Shown here: one piece after another, positions 14,455-23,953 of the stretch | How the letters are laid out: the number at the start of each line of letters is the position of its first letter | How positions within the stretch are numbered: the first letter of the stretch is position 1 | Assembly (NCBI GenBank): GCA_965248735.1 | Contig: OZ252146.1 | Location: forward strand, 3,505,605-3,569,604 | Length of the DNA: 64,000 nucleotides | DNA from: Candidatus Aldehydirespirator sp. | Lineage (GTDB): Bacteria > Actinomycetota > Acidimicrobiia > Acidimicrobiales > Aldehydirespiratoraceae | Direction: 5' to 3' | Notes under the pieces: model-generated | What the model saw: only the letters and a program-made list of their open reading frames with translations | What the model was told of the DNA's origin: nothing | Databases searched by the model: none | Position numbers and translations under genes: made by a program

Positions 14455-16338
14455 TCACCAGCCCACCCGCTGGGCGGCGCGGCCCGCGTCCATCGCCGCC
14501 CTGGCCTCCTTCACCGAGGCGCGGCCGCTCACCTCGGGCACGCCCACCTCCCAGAACGAGCCGCCCTCGGTCCAGCGGTGGGGATGGGTCTTGAGGGCGA
14601 TCACGTAAGTGCGGTCGGAGGCTCTGGCCCGCTCGATGGCCGACTCCAGCTCGGAGATGGAGCCCACCGTCTCGGTCTCGCAGCCCATCGAGGCCGCATG
14701 GGCCGCGAAGTCGACAGCGACCAGCCGCTCGGTGCGGCAGTCCTCGAAGAGATTGTTGAACGAGGCGCCGCCCTGATTGACCTGGAGCCGGTCGATCACC
14801 GCGTAGCCGCCGTTGTCGGCCACGATCACGATGAGCTTGTGCCCGGTGAGCACCGTGCTGTACAGGTCACTGTTCATCATGAGGTAGGAGCCGTCGCCCA
14901 GCAGCACCACCACCTCGCGCTCGGGCATCGCCATCTTGGCGCCCCAGGCGCCTGAGATCTCGTAGCCCATGCACGAGTAGCCGTACTCGCAGTCAAAGGA
15001 ATGCACCGTGCGGGCGCGCCAGCCGTTGACGAGCTCGCCGGGCAGGCCCCCGGCCGCGGCGACGACGTAGGTGGAGGCGTCCGCGGCCCGGTCCACCGCC
15101 CCCACCACCTGGGCGTAGGTGGGCAAGTCGGCGTGAGGGTCCGAAGATCGGTCGCCGCCGGTGGCCGCGACAGTCACTGGCGCGGCGATCTTGTCGATGT
15201 AGGCGTGGTACTGCGCGGTCTCCGACGCAGCCCGCACCGTCCAGTCGCCGCTGGCCCGGTAGTCGCTGAGGGCCGTGCCCAACTCCCGGAGGCCCTCGCG
15301 GGCGTCGGCCACTAGCGGCAGGCACATGTGCTTGGTGGCATCGAAGCGGGCCGCGTTGAGCCCGACGATCTCTGCGGACTCGTCGCCGAACACCGTCCAT
15401 GAGCCGGTGGTGAAGTCCTGCATTCTCGTGCCCACCGCCAGCACCACATCGGCGTCGGCGGCCATGGCGTTGGCCGAGACGCAGCCGGTCACTCCGATGG
15501 GGCCGCAGTTCAGCGGATGGTGCGCCGGCAGTGAGGTGCGGCCCGCGGTGGTCTCTACCACGGGGATGCCGTGGGCTTCGGCGAAGGCGGCGAGCTGCTC
15601 CTCCGCCAGCGACCAGCGCACCCCTCCGCCCGCGATGATGAGGGGGCGCTCGGCTCGGGCCAGCGCAGCCGCGGCCCTTCGCAGCTCGCCCGCGTCGGGG
15701 CGGGGCCGGCGGATGTGGTGCACCCTCTCGGCGAAGAACCCGACCGGATAGTCGTAGGCCTCGGCCTGAACGTCCTGGGGCAGGGCGATGAAGGCCGGGC
15801 CGCAGTCGCCGGGGTCGAGCATGGTGTTGAGAGCCTGGGGCAGCGACTGCACCACCTGCTCGGGGGTGGTGATCCGGTCCCAGTAGCGCACTACCGCCCG
15901 GAAGGCGTCGTTGACGGTGGTGGCCGGCGCCCCGAAGTGCTCCACCTGCTGCAGCACCGGGTCCACGATGCGATGCTCGAAGGTGTCGCCGGCCAGCAGC
16001 AGCAGCGGCAGCCGGTTGGCGAGCGCCACCGCGGCCGCGGTCACCATGTTGGTGGCGCCGGGGCCGATCGAGCTGGCCGCCACCATGATCCGGCGGCGCT
16101 TGGCGGCCCGGGCGAACCCGCAGGCGGCCAGCGCCATCCCCTGCTCGTTCTGGCCCCGCCAGGTGGGCAGCACATCCTGTGCCTGCTCGAGCTCGTGGCC
16201 GAGGCAGGTCACGTTGCCGTGGCCGAATATGGCGAACACGCCCGCGAACAGCGGCACCACCTGACCGTCGACCTCGATGCGCTGGGCAGCCAGGTAGCGC
16301 ACCACGGCGCCCGATGCAGTCAGCCTGATCGTGTCCAC
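14455..16338 (-). CDS. iolD: 3D-(3,5/4)-trihydroxycyclohexane-1,2-dione acylhydrolase (ThDP-dependent)
   Basis: 627 aa with ThDP-enzyme layout and the GDGSYLM cofactor motif. The N-terminus IRLTASGAVVRYLAAQ is typical of IolD. Confidence 0.9.
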   Translation of the reverse strand: MDTIRLTASGAVVRYLAAQRIEVDGQVVPLFAGVFAIFGHGNVTCLGHELEQAQDVLPTWRGQNEQGMALAACGFARAAKRRRIMVAASSIGPGATNMVTAAAVALANRLPLLLLAGDTFEHRIVDPVLQQVEHFGAPATTVNDAFRAVVRYWDRITTPEQVVQSLPQALNTMLDPGDCGPAFIALPQDVQAEAYDYPVGFFAERVHHIRRPRPDAGELRRAAAALARAERPLIIAGGGVRWSLAEEQLAAFAEAHGIPVVETTAGRTSLPAHHPLNCGPIGVTGCVSANAMAADADVVLAVGTRMQDFTTGSWTVFGDESAEIVGLNAARFDATKHMCLPLVADAREGLRELGTALSDYRASGDWTVRAASETAQYHAYIDKIAAPVTVAATGGDRSSDPHADLPTYAQVVGAVDRAADASTYVVAAAGGLPGELVNGWRARTVHSFDCEYGYSCMGYEISGAWGAKMAMPEREVVVLLGDGSYLMMNSDLYSTVLTGHKLIVIVADNGGYAVIDRLQVNQGGASFNNLFEDCRTERLVAVDFAAHAASMGCETETVGSISELESAIERARASDRTYVIALKTHPHRWTEGGSFWEVGVPEVSGRASVKEARAAMDAGRAAQRVGW

Positions 16339-16363
16339 GGCGGCCTCCCCGTTCTCGTCACCG

Positions 16364-17536
16364 TCAATCGATCCTCACCGACACGACGTCCGTCCAGGCG
16401 CCGGTCTCCCAGCTTCGCAGCAGCGCCGCCTGCACGCTCACGTACTCCAACGCCTGCTCGAGGCCGGCCGAGTGGGGCCGGTCCTCGGCGACCGCCGTGA
16501 GGAACTCGTAGTCCTGGATCGTTACCACGTCCTCGAATCCGATCGAGTTGGCCTCACCCGGGACAAAGTCGCTATGGAAGGGATGCCGCTCGCCGGCAAA
16601 AACTGTGGTGTAGCCCTGGTCGCCGCGGCCGAGCTGGAACATCCGGATCTCGTTCATCGTCTCCAGGTTCCAGCTGAGCGCGCCCTCGGTGCCGTGAACG
16701 TCGAAGGCCATCTGGCTCTGAGGCCCAACCATCGTCCGGCTGGCCTCGAAAGTGCCGCGACTGCCGTTGGCGAACACGGCCATAGCGCCGAAGTAGTCCT
16801 CGTTGGTGACCACGCCCACCGGGTCGCCCGGCACGCCCCGGTCGTAGTGGGTTCCCGACGCGGACGGCAGCGGCCTCTCCTTGATGAACGTCTCGCCGGT
16901 TCCCACCACCCGCAGGATCGGGCCGTTGAGCATCATCGCCAAGTCGATGGCGTGGCTGAGGATGTCGGTGGACACGCCGTGCCCCGCCTGATCGAGCAGG
17001 AAGCGCCATGTGAGCAGGCCGAGCGGGTCGGCGCCGTACACCGACAGGAAGCGGCCCCGATAATTGGTGATCTGGCCCAGCTCGCCGGAATCGATCAGGT
17101 TGCGGACGTGCTGCACGAGCGGCACGAACCGGTAGTTGTAGCCGACCCCCGTGATGACCCCTGCGTCGCGGCAGGCCTTCTCGGCCCGGGCCGTCTGCTC
17201 GGGGGTGCCCCCGACCGGCTTCTCGCAGAACACGTGCTTTCCCGCTCCGGCGGCCGCCTCGACGATCTCGCAGTGCAGTATGTTGGGCGCGCAGATCACG
17301 ACAACGTCCACCTCAGGGTGCTCGACCGCGGCTCGCCAGTCGCCGGTGGTGTGACGGAAGCCGAAATCGGTGGCCGCCGAGGAGCGCCGCTCTGCCAGCG
17401 TGTCAGCGCATACCGTCAGCTCGGGCCGGCACGCGAGGCCGTCGAAGATCATGGGCAGGCGCGCGTAGGAGCGGGCGTGGGCCTGGCCCATCCAGCCGAA
17501 GCCGATCACCGCCATGCCCAGGCGGCGGGCGCTCAT
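16364..17536 (-). CDS. Gfo/Idh/MocA family oxidoreductase (second inositol/inosose dehydrogenase candidate)
   Basis: MAVIGFGWMGQAHA Rossmann motif and the FCEKPVGG EKP motif. ATG 17536 gives a family-typical N-terminus; the track start at 17761 adds an Arg/Pro-rich extension. Confidence 0.85.
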   Translation of the reverse strand: MSARRLGMAVIGFGWMGQAHARSYARLPMIFDGLACRPELTVCADTLAERRSSAATDFGFRHTTGDWRAAVEHPEVDVVVICAPNILHCEIVEAAAGAGKHVFCEKPVGGTPEQTARAEKACRDAGVITGVGYNYRFVPLVQHVRNLIDSGELGQITNYRGRFLSVYGADPLGLLTWRFLLDQAGHGVSTDILSHAIDLAMMLNGPILRVVGTGETFIKERPLPSASGTHYDRGVPGDPVGVVTNEDYFGAMAVFANGSRGTFEASRTMVGPQSQMAFDVHGTEGALSWNLETMNEIRMFQLGRGDQGYTTVFAGERHPFHSDFVPGEANSIGFEDVVTIQDYEFLTAVAEDRPHSAGLEQALEYVSVQAALLRSWETGAWTDVVSVRID

Positions 17537-17598
17537 CGGACTCCGCCACCGGCGGCGGCCGGGTCGAGCGAGGTCGAAGGGTTGCCAGGCGCGGTCAT
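17533..17598 (-). other. 21-codon relay ORF bridging the 2-HADH stop and the Gfo oxidoreductase start
   Basis: ATG 17598 overlaps TGA 17597-17595. TGA 17535-17533 overlaps ATG 17536. Peptide MTAPGNPSTSLDPAAAGGGVR. Confidence 0.35.
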
Positions 17599-18551
17599 GA
17601 CGCTCTGCGACGGTCCACAGCCGGGTCGGCCGCGGAGGCATCCAGGAGGTGCTCAGGCGTTTCGCCGCGCAGCCATTGGGCCGCCTGGCCGAGGGCCTGA
17701 CCGATGAGGCGCACAGCCCCGGCGGTGGTGGACGAGGCCACGTGCGGGGTGACGATAACATCTTCGCGCCCGAGCAGCGGATGGCCCGCAGGCAGCGGTT
17801 CGGGCTCGGTCACATCGAGGCCGGCCCCTGCGATTTGACCGGACTCAAGGCCGGCGAGCAGCGCGTCGTGGTCGATCAACGAGCCCCGGGCACAGTTGAC
17901 GATGATCACGCCCGGTCGCATGGCCGAAATGCTGTCGGGGTTGACCATGTGGCGTGTCGCCTCGGTCGCAGGCGCGTGCAGCGACACCGCATCACTGCAC
18001 CGCCACAGTTCGTCGAGGTCCACGAGTTCGGCCACGCCCTCGGTGTCGGATGCCTGCAGGTGCGCGTCGTACACGAGAACTCTCATGCCCAGCGCGGCCG
18101 CGTAGCGCGCCACGCGCCTGCCGATGCGCCCGCAGCCGACCAGCCCCAGAGTCCGGCCCTCGAGTTCGAGGGCGCAGTGAACCGCCCGATAGTCACCGAG
18201 ACCAGCGTGAAGCCGCAGCTCAGAGCGCTTGATCCGTTTGGCCACAGCCAACAGCAGCGCCAGGGAGTGCTCGGCGGTGGAGACCGTGGGAGCGGCGGGC
18301 GTGTTGCACGCAGCAACCCCGACCGCCGCGCACCCGGCCGGATCGACATTGTCGTAGCCGATGCCGGCGCGGGCCACCACCTTGAGCCGGGGCAGGCGGC
18401 TGCACACGGCCGCGTCCCAGGGTTCGTTGGCGCCCACGATCACACCGTCCGCGTCGGCGAGGTCGCCGGTCAGCTCGAGGTCGTCGGGGATGGCGACCTC
18501 CGGCGGCGGCGGTCGGTCGATCCAGATGCGCCAGGGCGCCGCGGTGCTCAC
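17595..18551 (-). CDS. D-2-hydroxyacid / phosphoglycerate dehydrogenase-like NAD-dependent dehydrogenase
   Basis: GLVGCGRIGRRVA Rossmann motif, IVNCARGSLID, and the VIVTPHVAS catalytic-His region. GTG 18551 overlaps the iolC stop (GTGA). Confidence 0.85.
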   Translation of the reverse strand: MSTAAPWRIWIDRPPPPEVAIPDDLELTGDLADADGVIVGANEPWDAAVCSRLPRLKVVARAGIGYDNVDPAGCAAVGVAACNTPAAPTVSTAEHSLALLLAVAKRIKRSELRLHAGLGDYRAVHCALELEGRTLGLVGCGRIGRRVARYAAALGMRVLVYDAHLQASDTEGVAELVDLDELWRCSDAVSLHAPATEATRHMVNPDSISAMRPGVIIVNCARGSLIDHDALLAGLESGQIAGAGLDVTEPEPLPAGHPLLGREDVIVTPHVASSTTAGAVRLIGQALGQAAQWLRGETPEHLLDASAADPAVDRRRAS

Positions 18552-19519
18552 GCCGCCGACACCTGAGCAATCCCGGGGTCCGCGCCGGCGAGCACGGCGT
18601 CGATCTCGGCTGCGGTGGGCATGGCGTCGGCGCACGTCAGCCGGCCAGCCACGATCGCACCCGCGGCGTTGGCCCTGGTGACGGTCTCGGTGGGTTCGAG
18701 GCCTGCCAGGAGCCCGTCGGCCAGCGCACCGCCGAAGGCGTCGCCAGCGCCGAGCCCGCACACCACCTCGACCGGCACCGGTGGAACCGCCGACCTGCTG
18801 TCGGGCGTCGCGACCAGCACGCCATCGGCCCCCATCTTCACCACCGCCAGCGACACGCCCCGTTCGAGCAGCCGGTCGGCGGCCTCATCCGGATCGGCGG
18901 TGCCCACCGCGATCTCGCACTCGGTCCGGTTGCCGACGGCCACCGTGGCGTAGTCGACAGCCGCCCCGATGTGCTCGGACGCCTCGGCCGGCGACGACCA
19001 GAAGCTAGGGCGGTAGTCCAGGTCGAGAACGGTGTGCTCGGTCCGGTTGCGCCTTTCCAGCGCGGTGCGCACCGCCGAGCGTGACGGCTCCTGCGCGAAG
19101 CGCGAGCCCGTCACCCACAGCACAGGCACAGCGTAAGCCGCCTGGGGAATGTCGGCGATCGTGAGGTTCATGTCGGGACCTCGCGGCTCCCGGTAGAAGA
19201 GCAGGGGCGGGTCGGTCGGGGGATCCAGCGCACAGAAGGCCAAGGCGGTTCGCAGGTGCGGGTCCACCGAGACGTAGTCGTTGACCACACCGAACTGCTC
19301 GGCCAGGGCCGTGCGGATGTACTCGCCGAAGCCGTCGTCGCCGACCCGGGTGACCACCGCGGCCCGCCGGCCCAGCCGGGAGGCGGCCACGGCAACGTTG
19401 GTGGGCGAGCCGCCGATCGACTTGACGAACGACGACACCCCGCTGAGGGGCACCCCGCTCTGCTGCGGGTAGAGATCGACGCTGACGCGGCCGACGGTCA
19501 GCAGCTCGAGCTCAGCCAT
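18548..19519 (-). CDS. iolC: 5-dehydro-2-deoxygluconokinase (PfkB family)
   Basis: PfkB signatures (GGSPTNVAVA and GAGDAFGGAL) in iol context. ATG 19519 gives a family-typical N-terminus (MAELELLTVGRVSVDLYP). Confidence 0.85.
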   Translation of the reverse strand: MAELELLTVGRVSVDLYPQQSGVPLSGVSSFVKSIGGSPTNVAVAASRLGRRAAVVTRVGDDGFGEYIRTALAEQFGVVNDYVSVDPHLRTALAFCALDPPTDPPLLFYREPRGPDMNLTIADIPQAAYAVPVLWVTGSRFAQEPSRSAVRTALERRNRTEHTVLDLDYRPSFWSSPAEASEHIGAAVDYATVAVGNRTECEIAVGTADPDEAADRLLERGVSLAVVKMGADGVLVATPDSRSAVPPVPVEVVCGLGAGDAFGGALADGLLAGLEPTETVTRANAAGAIVAGRLTCADAMPTAAEIDAVLAGADPGIAQVSAA

Positions 19520-19586
19520 CGAGCGCCGTCCGACCTGTTGCGACCCGCCACCGACGACGGCGAAGGCCGATAGACCCTGTTCACCC

Positions 19587-20372
19587 TCAGTTGGTGCCGG
19601 CCTGAGCCAGTTCGTGCTGCAACTCCTTGAGTTCGGCGCCACCGGCCATGAGCTGGGTCAATTCGGCCTGCGACAGCTCGTCCTTGGCCCAGTTGCCGAG
19701 CGACTGGCCCCGCTGCAGGATCACAAAACGGTCGCCCACGGGGTAGGCGTGGTTGGGGTTGTGGGTGATGAAGATCACGGCCAGACCCTGGTCGCGGGCC
19801 TCGACGATGCGGCGCAGCACCACGCCAGACTGCTTCACGCCCAGCGCCGAGGTGGGCTCGTCGAGGATCAGCACCCGGGCGCCGAAGTAGCTGGCCCTGG
19901 CGATGGCCACCGACTGGCGCTCGCCGCCCGAAAGCGTGCCCACGCTCTGCTCGGTGTCGCGGATGTCGATGCCCATCTTGGCCATCTCGTCCTTGGCGAT
20001 CATCTTGGCCTTGTCGATGTCGATCTGGCGGAACGGCCACACGCCCTTCTTTGGCTCCTGGCCGAGGAAGAAGTTCCGCCAGACCGACATCAGGGGGACC
20101 ATGGCCAGATCCTGGTACACGGTGGCGATGCCCGCGGTCAGCGCCTCGCGCGGGGAGGCGAACTTCACGTGGGTGCCCTCCAGGAGCAGTTCTCCCTCGT
20201 CGTGCTGGTGCACGCCGGCAAGGATCTTGATGAAGGTGGACTTGCCTGCGCCGTTGTCGCCGAGCACGCATGTCACCTCGCCGGGGTTGACGGTCGTGGT
20301 GACGCCGGTGAGAGCGATGATGTTGCCGTAGAACTTCGACAAGCCACGAAGCTCGAGGAATTCGGTGCTCAT
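19587..20372 (-). CDS. sugar ABC transporter ATP-binding protein (single NBD)
   Basis: Walker [10 protein letters not shown], signature LSGGERQ, Walker B LILDEPT. ATG 20372 is preceded by AAAGGAGG and overlaps the permease stop (ATGA). Only the last 261 codons of track ORF 19587..22142 are real. Confidence 0.9.
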   Translation of the reverse strand: MSTEFLELRGLSKFYGNIIALTGVTTTVNPGEVTCVLGDNGAGKSTFIKILAGVHQHDEGELLLEGTHVKFASPREALTAGIATVYQDLAMVPLMSVWRNFFLGQEPKKGVWPFRQIDIDKAKMIAKDEMAKMGIDIRDTEQSVGTLSGGERQSVAIARASYFGARVLILDEPTSALGVKQSGVVLRRIVEARDQGLAVIFITHNPNHAYPVGDRFVILQRGQSLGNWAKDELSQAELTQLMAGGAELKELQHELAQAGTN

Positions 20373-22747
20373 TCCTTGTCCTCCTTTGAACTGGAAGGTC
20401 CCTTGGGCACGATGATGGTGATCCCAGTCTGGTCGGGTTTGGTGGCACTGGACTTGACCGGCGCCTTCCCGGCTCGGCCGCGCACGTAGTTGTTGACCAG
20501 CACCGCCACCAGCAGAAGGGCTCCGAGGACCAGGAATCTCCAGTCGCTGTTCCATTGGGCGAAGCCGATGCCCTGGGAGATCATGCCCCAGATCAAAGCT
20601 CCAATGCCCGCACCGAGCGCCGATCCGTAGCCGCCGGTCAGCAGGTTGCCGCCCACAACGGCGACGATGATGTAGCGGAACTCGTTGCCGTCGCCCACGT
20701 CGGCCTGCACGGCGGTGAGCCGGAAAGCGATCAGCATCCCGGTGATCCACGCCGCCGCCGACACGAGCATGAACAGCGTGGTCTTGGTGCGGGCCGCGGG
20801 CACGCCCACCGAGCGGGCCGCCTCCTTGTTCCCGCCGACGGCCATGATCCAGCTGCCGAACTGCGTGCGCATCAACAGCCACGAACCGACGGCCGCGAAG
20901 ACGACGAACGACAGCACGACCACACCGAACTGCGTCTGGGGGCACCGCAGCTCTCCGTCCGTGCCGACCGTGCAGATCTTGTCCAGTTCGGTTCCGGTCA
21001 CGAACAGCAGCCGGGTGACGACGCTGAGCATGACGGCCCCGATGCCCACCGACACCAGGGCCCGCCCGACTCCCTCGTCGCGCGTGAAGAGCGTGTATGC
21101 CACGGTGACGAGGGCGTACACGAAGAAGGCGGCGAGGCCACCCTTGGCAACCCCGATGAGCAGTGCATAGAGGATCCCGTCGCCATCGACCATTTCCATG
21201 ACGAAGAAAACAACCGTGGCCACAGCTCCGATGACGGCACACAAGTGCATCCATCGGCCGAACTGAGCGGGCGGAGGTGCCGACGTGCGAGCCGAGCCCA
21301 GGTAGCGGGCCACCGCGGACGCGGCCAGCACAAGTGCCACCAGCAACAGAACAGTGAACAACTCCACACGGATCTTGCGGGAGCCAGCCTCGCTCTGTAT
21401 GAAGAAGGCCAGCACCACGATCACGACGGAGATGGCCAGAGAGACGCCGACCGACGGCCGAACCCTTCTGGCCGCACCCGACAGCAGCGACACCCCCAGC
21501 AGGGCGAGCCCGCCGAAGAGGATGGTCCGAGCTGCCTGCACCGTCACCAGGAAGCTGATCGACGGCACGGCCACGAGTACGGCCCCGATGGCGGGATAGC
21601 CGGGCGTGACCCGTCCCAGAGCGGCCAACACGGCCAGAACGCCGACGACGGCAATACCGAGCGCGAACACAAACTTGCCGACGGAGCCGCCCAGGAAGCC
21701 CAACTGCGAGGAGTCCTCGGCGTTCATGACAGCGGCGATGATCATGGCCACCGACGCCGCAGCCAGTCCGGCAACCAGGTACTGCCACCACCCCGCGGAC
21801 GCACCGCGGTCGGAGCGGTCCGGCGACTCGTAGCGGGCCAGGCACCAGCCGGCAACGCCGACCAACACACCGGCCGCTGCCAGGAATCCTCCGATCCAGT
21901 TGGATGTGGACCCGTCCCCCACCAGCAACAGAACGAAGCCGACCACACCCAGCGCAACGCCCACGATTGCGACCAGGCCCGACCCGACGTTCATGGACTT
22001 GCGCCGAGCGTATGTGAGCTCGAACACCCCCAGCAGCAAGGCCAAGCTGCCGCAGGTGAGCAGGCCGGCCCAGACTTCGTCGCGGACCAACCACACGCCG
22101 GACCATCTTCGGGCGTCCCAGACATGTCCGTTGCGGAGCCATTCAGCGCCGAAGATGCCGTTCCAGAAGTCGTAGCCCTCAGCTTCGTCGAGGCCCTCTA
22201 CCAGCACCTTGTTGGTGAACAGCTTGGAGAATCCGAGCTTTGCGCCGATCAGCATGAAGAAGGTGCCGAGAGTGACGATGAAGCTGGGCAGCGACGTCTT
22301 CTCCACCACCGTGCCGTTGAACCAGCCGATGGCCAGCGCGAAGGCCAGCGACAGGGGAACGGCGACATGAAGGCCCAGTCCCGCGCCGTTGATGTCGTTG
22401 GCCAGCAGGATGGCGACAATGGCGGTGGCGCCGGTCATGGCGCCCGAGGAGAGGTCGAACTCCCCGCCGATCATCAGCAGCGCGACCGGCACGGCCATCA
22501 GGCCAAGGTAGGCCGCGACATCGAGGAAGTTGGCGGTGCCGCCGACGGTGCCGAACGGCGCTGACACCAGCCAGAAGAGCACCCATACGCCCACGGCGCC
22601 GAGCAGTGCCCCGATCTCGGGGCGGGTCAACAGCTGCTGGATCGGCCCCCTGTGGGCGAGCCGCTCATCGACGGACCCGCCGCCGGCGGCATTGTCATCG
22701 GCGGCAACTGTGTCGTCGTTGGCAATGGTGTTGTCGGCTGCAGCCAT
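20369..22747 (-). CDS. sugar ABC transporter permease (RbsC/XylH-type) with a roughly 400-aa multi-helix insertion
   Basis: 792 aa. N-terminal [12 protein letters not shown] and C-terminal [20 protein letters not shown]...[12 protein letters not shown] permease motifs are separated by about 535 residues containing about 12 extra hydrophobic helices. Confidence 0.85.
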   Translation of the reverse strand: MAAADNTIANDDTVAADDNAAGGGSVDERLAHRGPIQQLLTRPEIGALLGAVGVWVLFWLVSAPFGTVGGTANFLDVAAYLGLMAVPVALLMIGGEFDLSSGAMTGATAIVAILLANDINGAGLGLHVAVPLSLAFALAIGWFNGTVVEKTSLPSFIVTLGTFFMLIGAKLGFSKLFTNKVLVEGLDEAEGYDFWNGIFGAEWLRNGHVWDARRWSGVWLVRDEVWAGLLTCGSLALLLGVFELTYARRKSMNVGSGLVAIVGVALGVVGFVLLLVGDGSTSNWIGGFLAAAGVLVGVAGWCLARYESPDRSDRGASAGWWQYLVAGLAAASVAMIIAAVMNAEDSSQLGFLGGSVGKFVFALGIAVVGVLAVLAALGRVTPGYPAIGAVLVAVPSISFLVTVQAARTILFGGLALLGVSLLSGAARRVRPSVGVSLAISVVIVVLAFFIQSEAGSRKIRVELFTVLLLVALVLAASAVARYLGSARTSAPPPAQFGRWMHLCAVIGAVATVVFFVMEMVDGDGILYALLIGVAKGGLAAFFVYALVTVAYTLFTRDEGVGRALVSVGIGAVMLSVVTRLLFVTGTELDKICTVGTDGELRCPQTQFGVVVLSFVVFAAVGSWLLMRTQFGSWIMAVGGNKEAARSVGVPAARTKTTLFMLVSAAAWITGMLIAFRLTAVQADVGDGNEFRYIIVAVVGGNLLTGGYGSALGAGIGALIWGMISQGIGFAQWNSDWRFLVLGALLLVAVLVNNYVRGRAGKAPVKSSATKPDQTGITIIVPKGPSSSKEDKE

Positions 22748-22855
22748 GCAGTGCCCCAATCGTTGGCTACGTCCCCACGGCCGATTCGAAGGTTCAGAAG
22801 ACCGCGGATCCCAATGCGTGGCTACGGCGCGCGTCGCCCCGCATGACGGAAGCTA

Positions 22856-22891
22856 GTCGAGGGCGGCCGGAGTTGTCCGGCCGCCCTCGAC
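22856..22891 (-). terminator. perfect 16-bp stem / 4-nt loop hairpin just downstream of the binding-protein gene (intra-operon attenuator or mRNA stabiliser)
   Basis: gtcgagggcggccgga-gttg-tccggccgccctcgac, 13 nt after the SBP stop (22905-22907). No U-tract. Confidence 0.6.
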
Positions 22892-22904
22892 CACTAAGGA
22901 TTGA

Positions 22905-23948
22905 TCAGCGAGTGCCCTGGCTGACCAGTTCCTTGACCGCCGATGCGTTGGCGGTGTCCACGAAACCAGGACCGGTGAGGATCGGCAGGCCGCCGCCCGC
23001 GGTGTTCTGGTTGGTGGCCTGCAGGTGCATCAGGATCACCGGCAGATATCCCTGCAGGTACTGCTGCTGGTCGACGGTGAAGGCCACATCGCCGGCCTCG
23101 ATGGCGTCGATCAGGTCGCCGGACAGGTCGAAGCCGCCGATGACCAATTGGCTACCGGCCTGCTCTCCCGCGGCGAGGGCTCGCAGCGGGAGGTTCGGGC
23201 CGACGCCGAGCACGCCGTCGATGGAGGGATCGGCCTGGAGGATGGCCGCGATGCTGTTCTGCTGCTCGTCCGGGTTGGCGTCGAGTCCGACGAACTCGGA
23301 GGTCACCTCGCCGTTGAAGGTCTCGGCCAGGCCCTGGCAGCGCTCCTCGAGCGCCACGTTGGACTGCTCCTGGCGGGCGCACAGCACATGGGTCGCGCCC
23401 AGCGCGTTGAAGCGCTCGCCCGCGCCGTTGCCGGCCACGATCTCGGTCTGGCCCACATGGGTGGCCGCGCCGAGGTCCTTGTAGTTGTTCACGCCCGAGT
23501 TGAGCGTGTACAGCGGGATGCCCGCAGCCACCACGGCCTCGGCCGCGGCGGTCACGCCCGCCGGGTCGGCCAGCGAGATAGCAATGCCGGAAGAGTTGGA
23601 CGCTATGGCGGCCTCGATCTCCTGGGACTGCGCCAGCGCGTCGTTATTGGAGCCGAAGTACACGACGTTGCAGCCGATTGCGTTCGCCGCGTCGCGCACT
23701 GCCACCTCGACGACGGACCAGAACACGCCGGAATCGCCGTGGGTAATCACGTGGTAGGTGTTGTCACAGCCCTGCGTGTCGACTACCTCGTCGGTCGCGG
23801 CCGGGGCGGCCTCGCCGTCATCGTCTGGCGGCGCGGTCGTCTCGGCGGGGGCCGCCGGCGTCGAATCATCGTCCTCGTCACCGCCGCAGGCGGCCGCGAC
23901 GAGCGTGATGGCGAACATCACGGCGAGCAGCTTCCATAGTTTTGACAT
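22905..23948 (-). CDS. sugar ABC transporter substrate-binding lipoprotein
   Basis: Lipobox signal MSKLWKLLAVMFAITLVAAAC. The mature part looks like a type I periplasmic binding protein. ATG 23948 is preceded by GGAGGG. Confidence 0.85.
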   Translation of the reverse strand: MSKLWKLLAVMFAITLVAAACGGDEDDDSTPAAPAETTAPPDDDGEAAPAATDEVVDTQGCDNTYHVITHGDSGVFWSVVEVAVRDAANAIGCNVVYFGSNNDALAQSQEIEAAIASNSSGIAISLADPAGVTAAAEAVVAAGIPLYTLNSGVNNYKDLGAATHVGQTEIVAGNGAGERFNALGATHVLCARQEQSNVALEERCQGLAETFNGEVTSEFVGLDANPDEQQNSIAAILQADPSIDGVLGVGPNLPLRALAAGEQAGSQLVIGGFDLSGDLIDAIEAGDVAFTVDQQQYLQGYLPVILMHLQATNQNTAGGGLPILTGPGFVDTANASAVKELVSQGTR

Positions 23949-23953
23949 GTTGT

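Noticed and set aside
19520-19586. Relay ORF between the ABC ATPase and iolC
   Set aside because: No ATG, GTG or TTG overlaps the ATPase stop, and no ORF ends on the iolC start. This is an ordinary 67-nt spacer, kept as a negative example.
19587-22142. 851-aa ORF from the track
   Set aside because: Only the last 261 codons (from ATG 20372, with RBS) are the ABC ATPase. The upstream part is an off-frame read through the permease gene.
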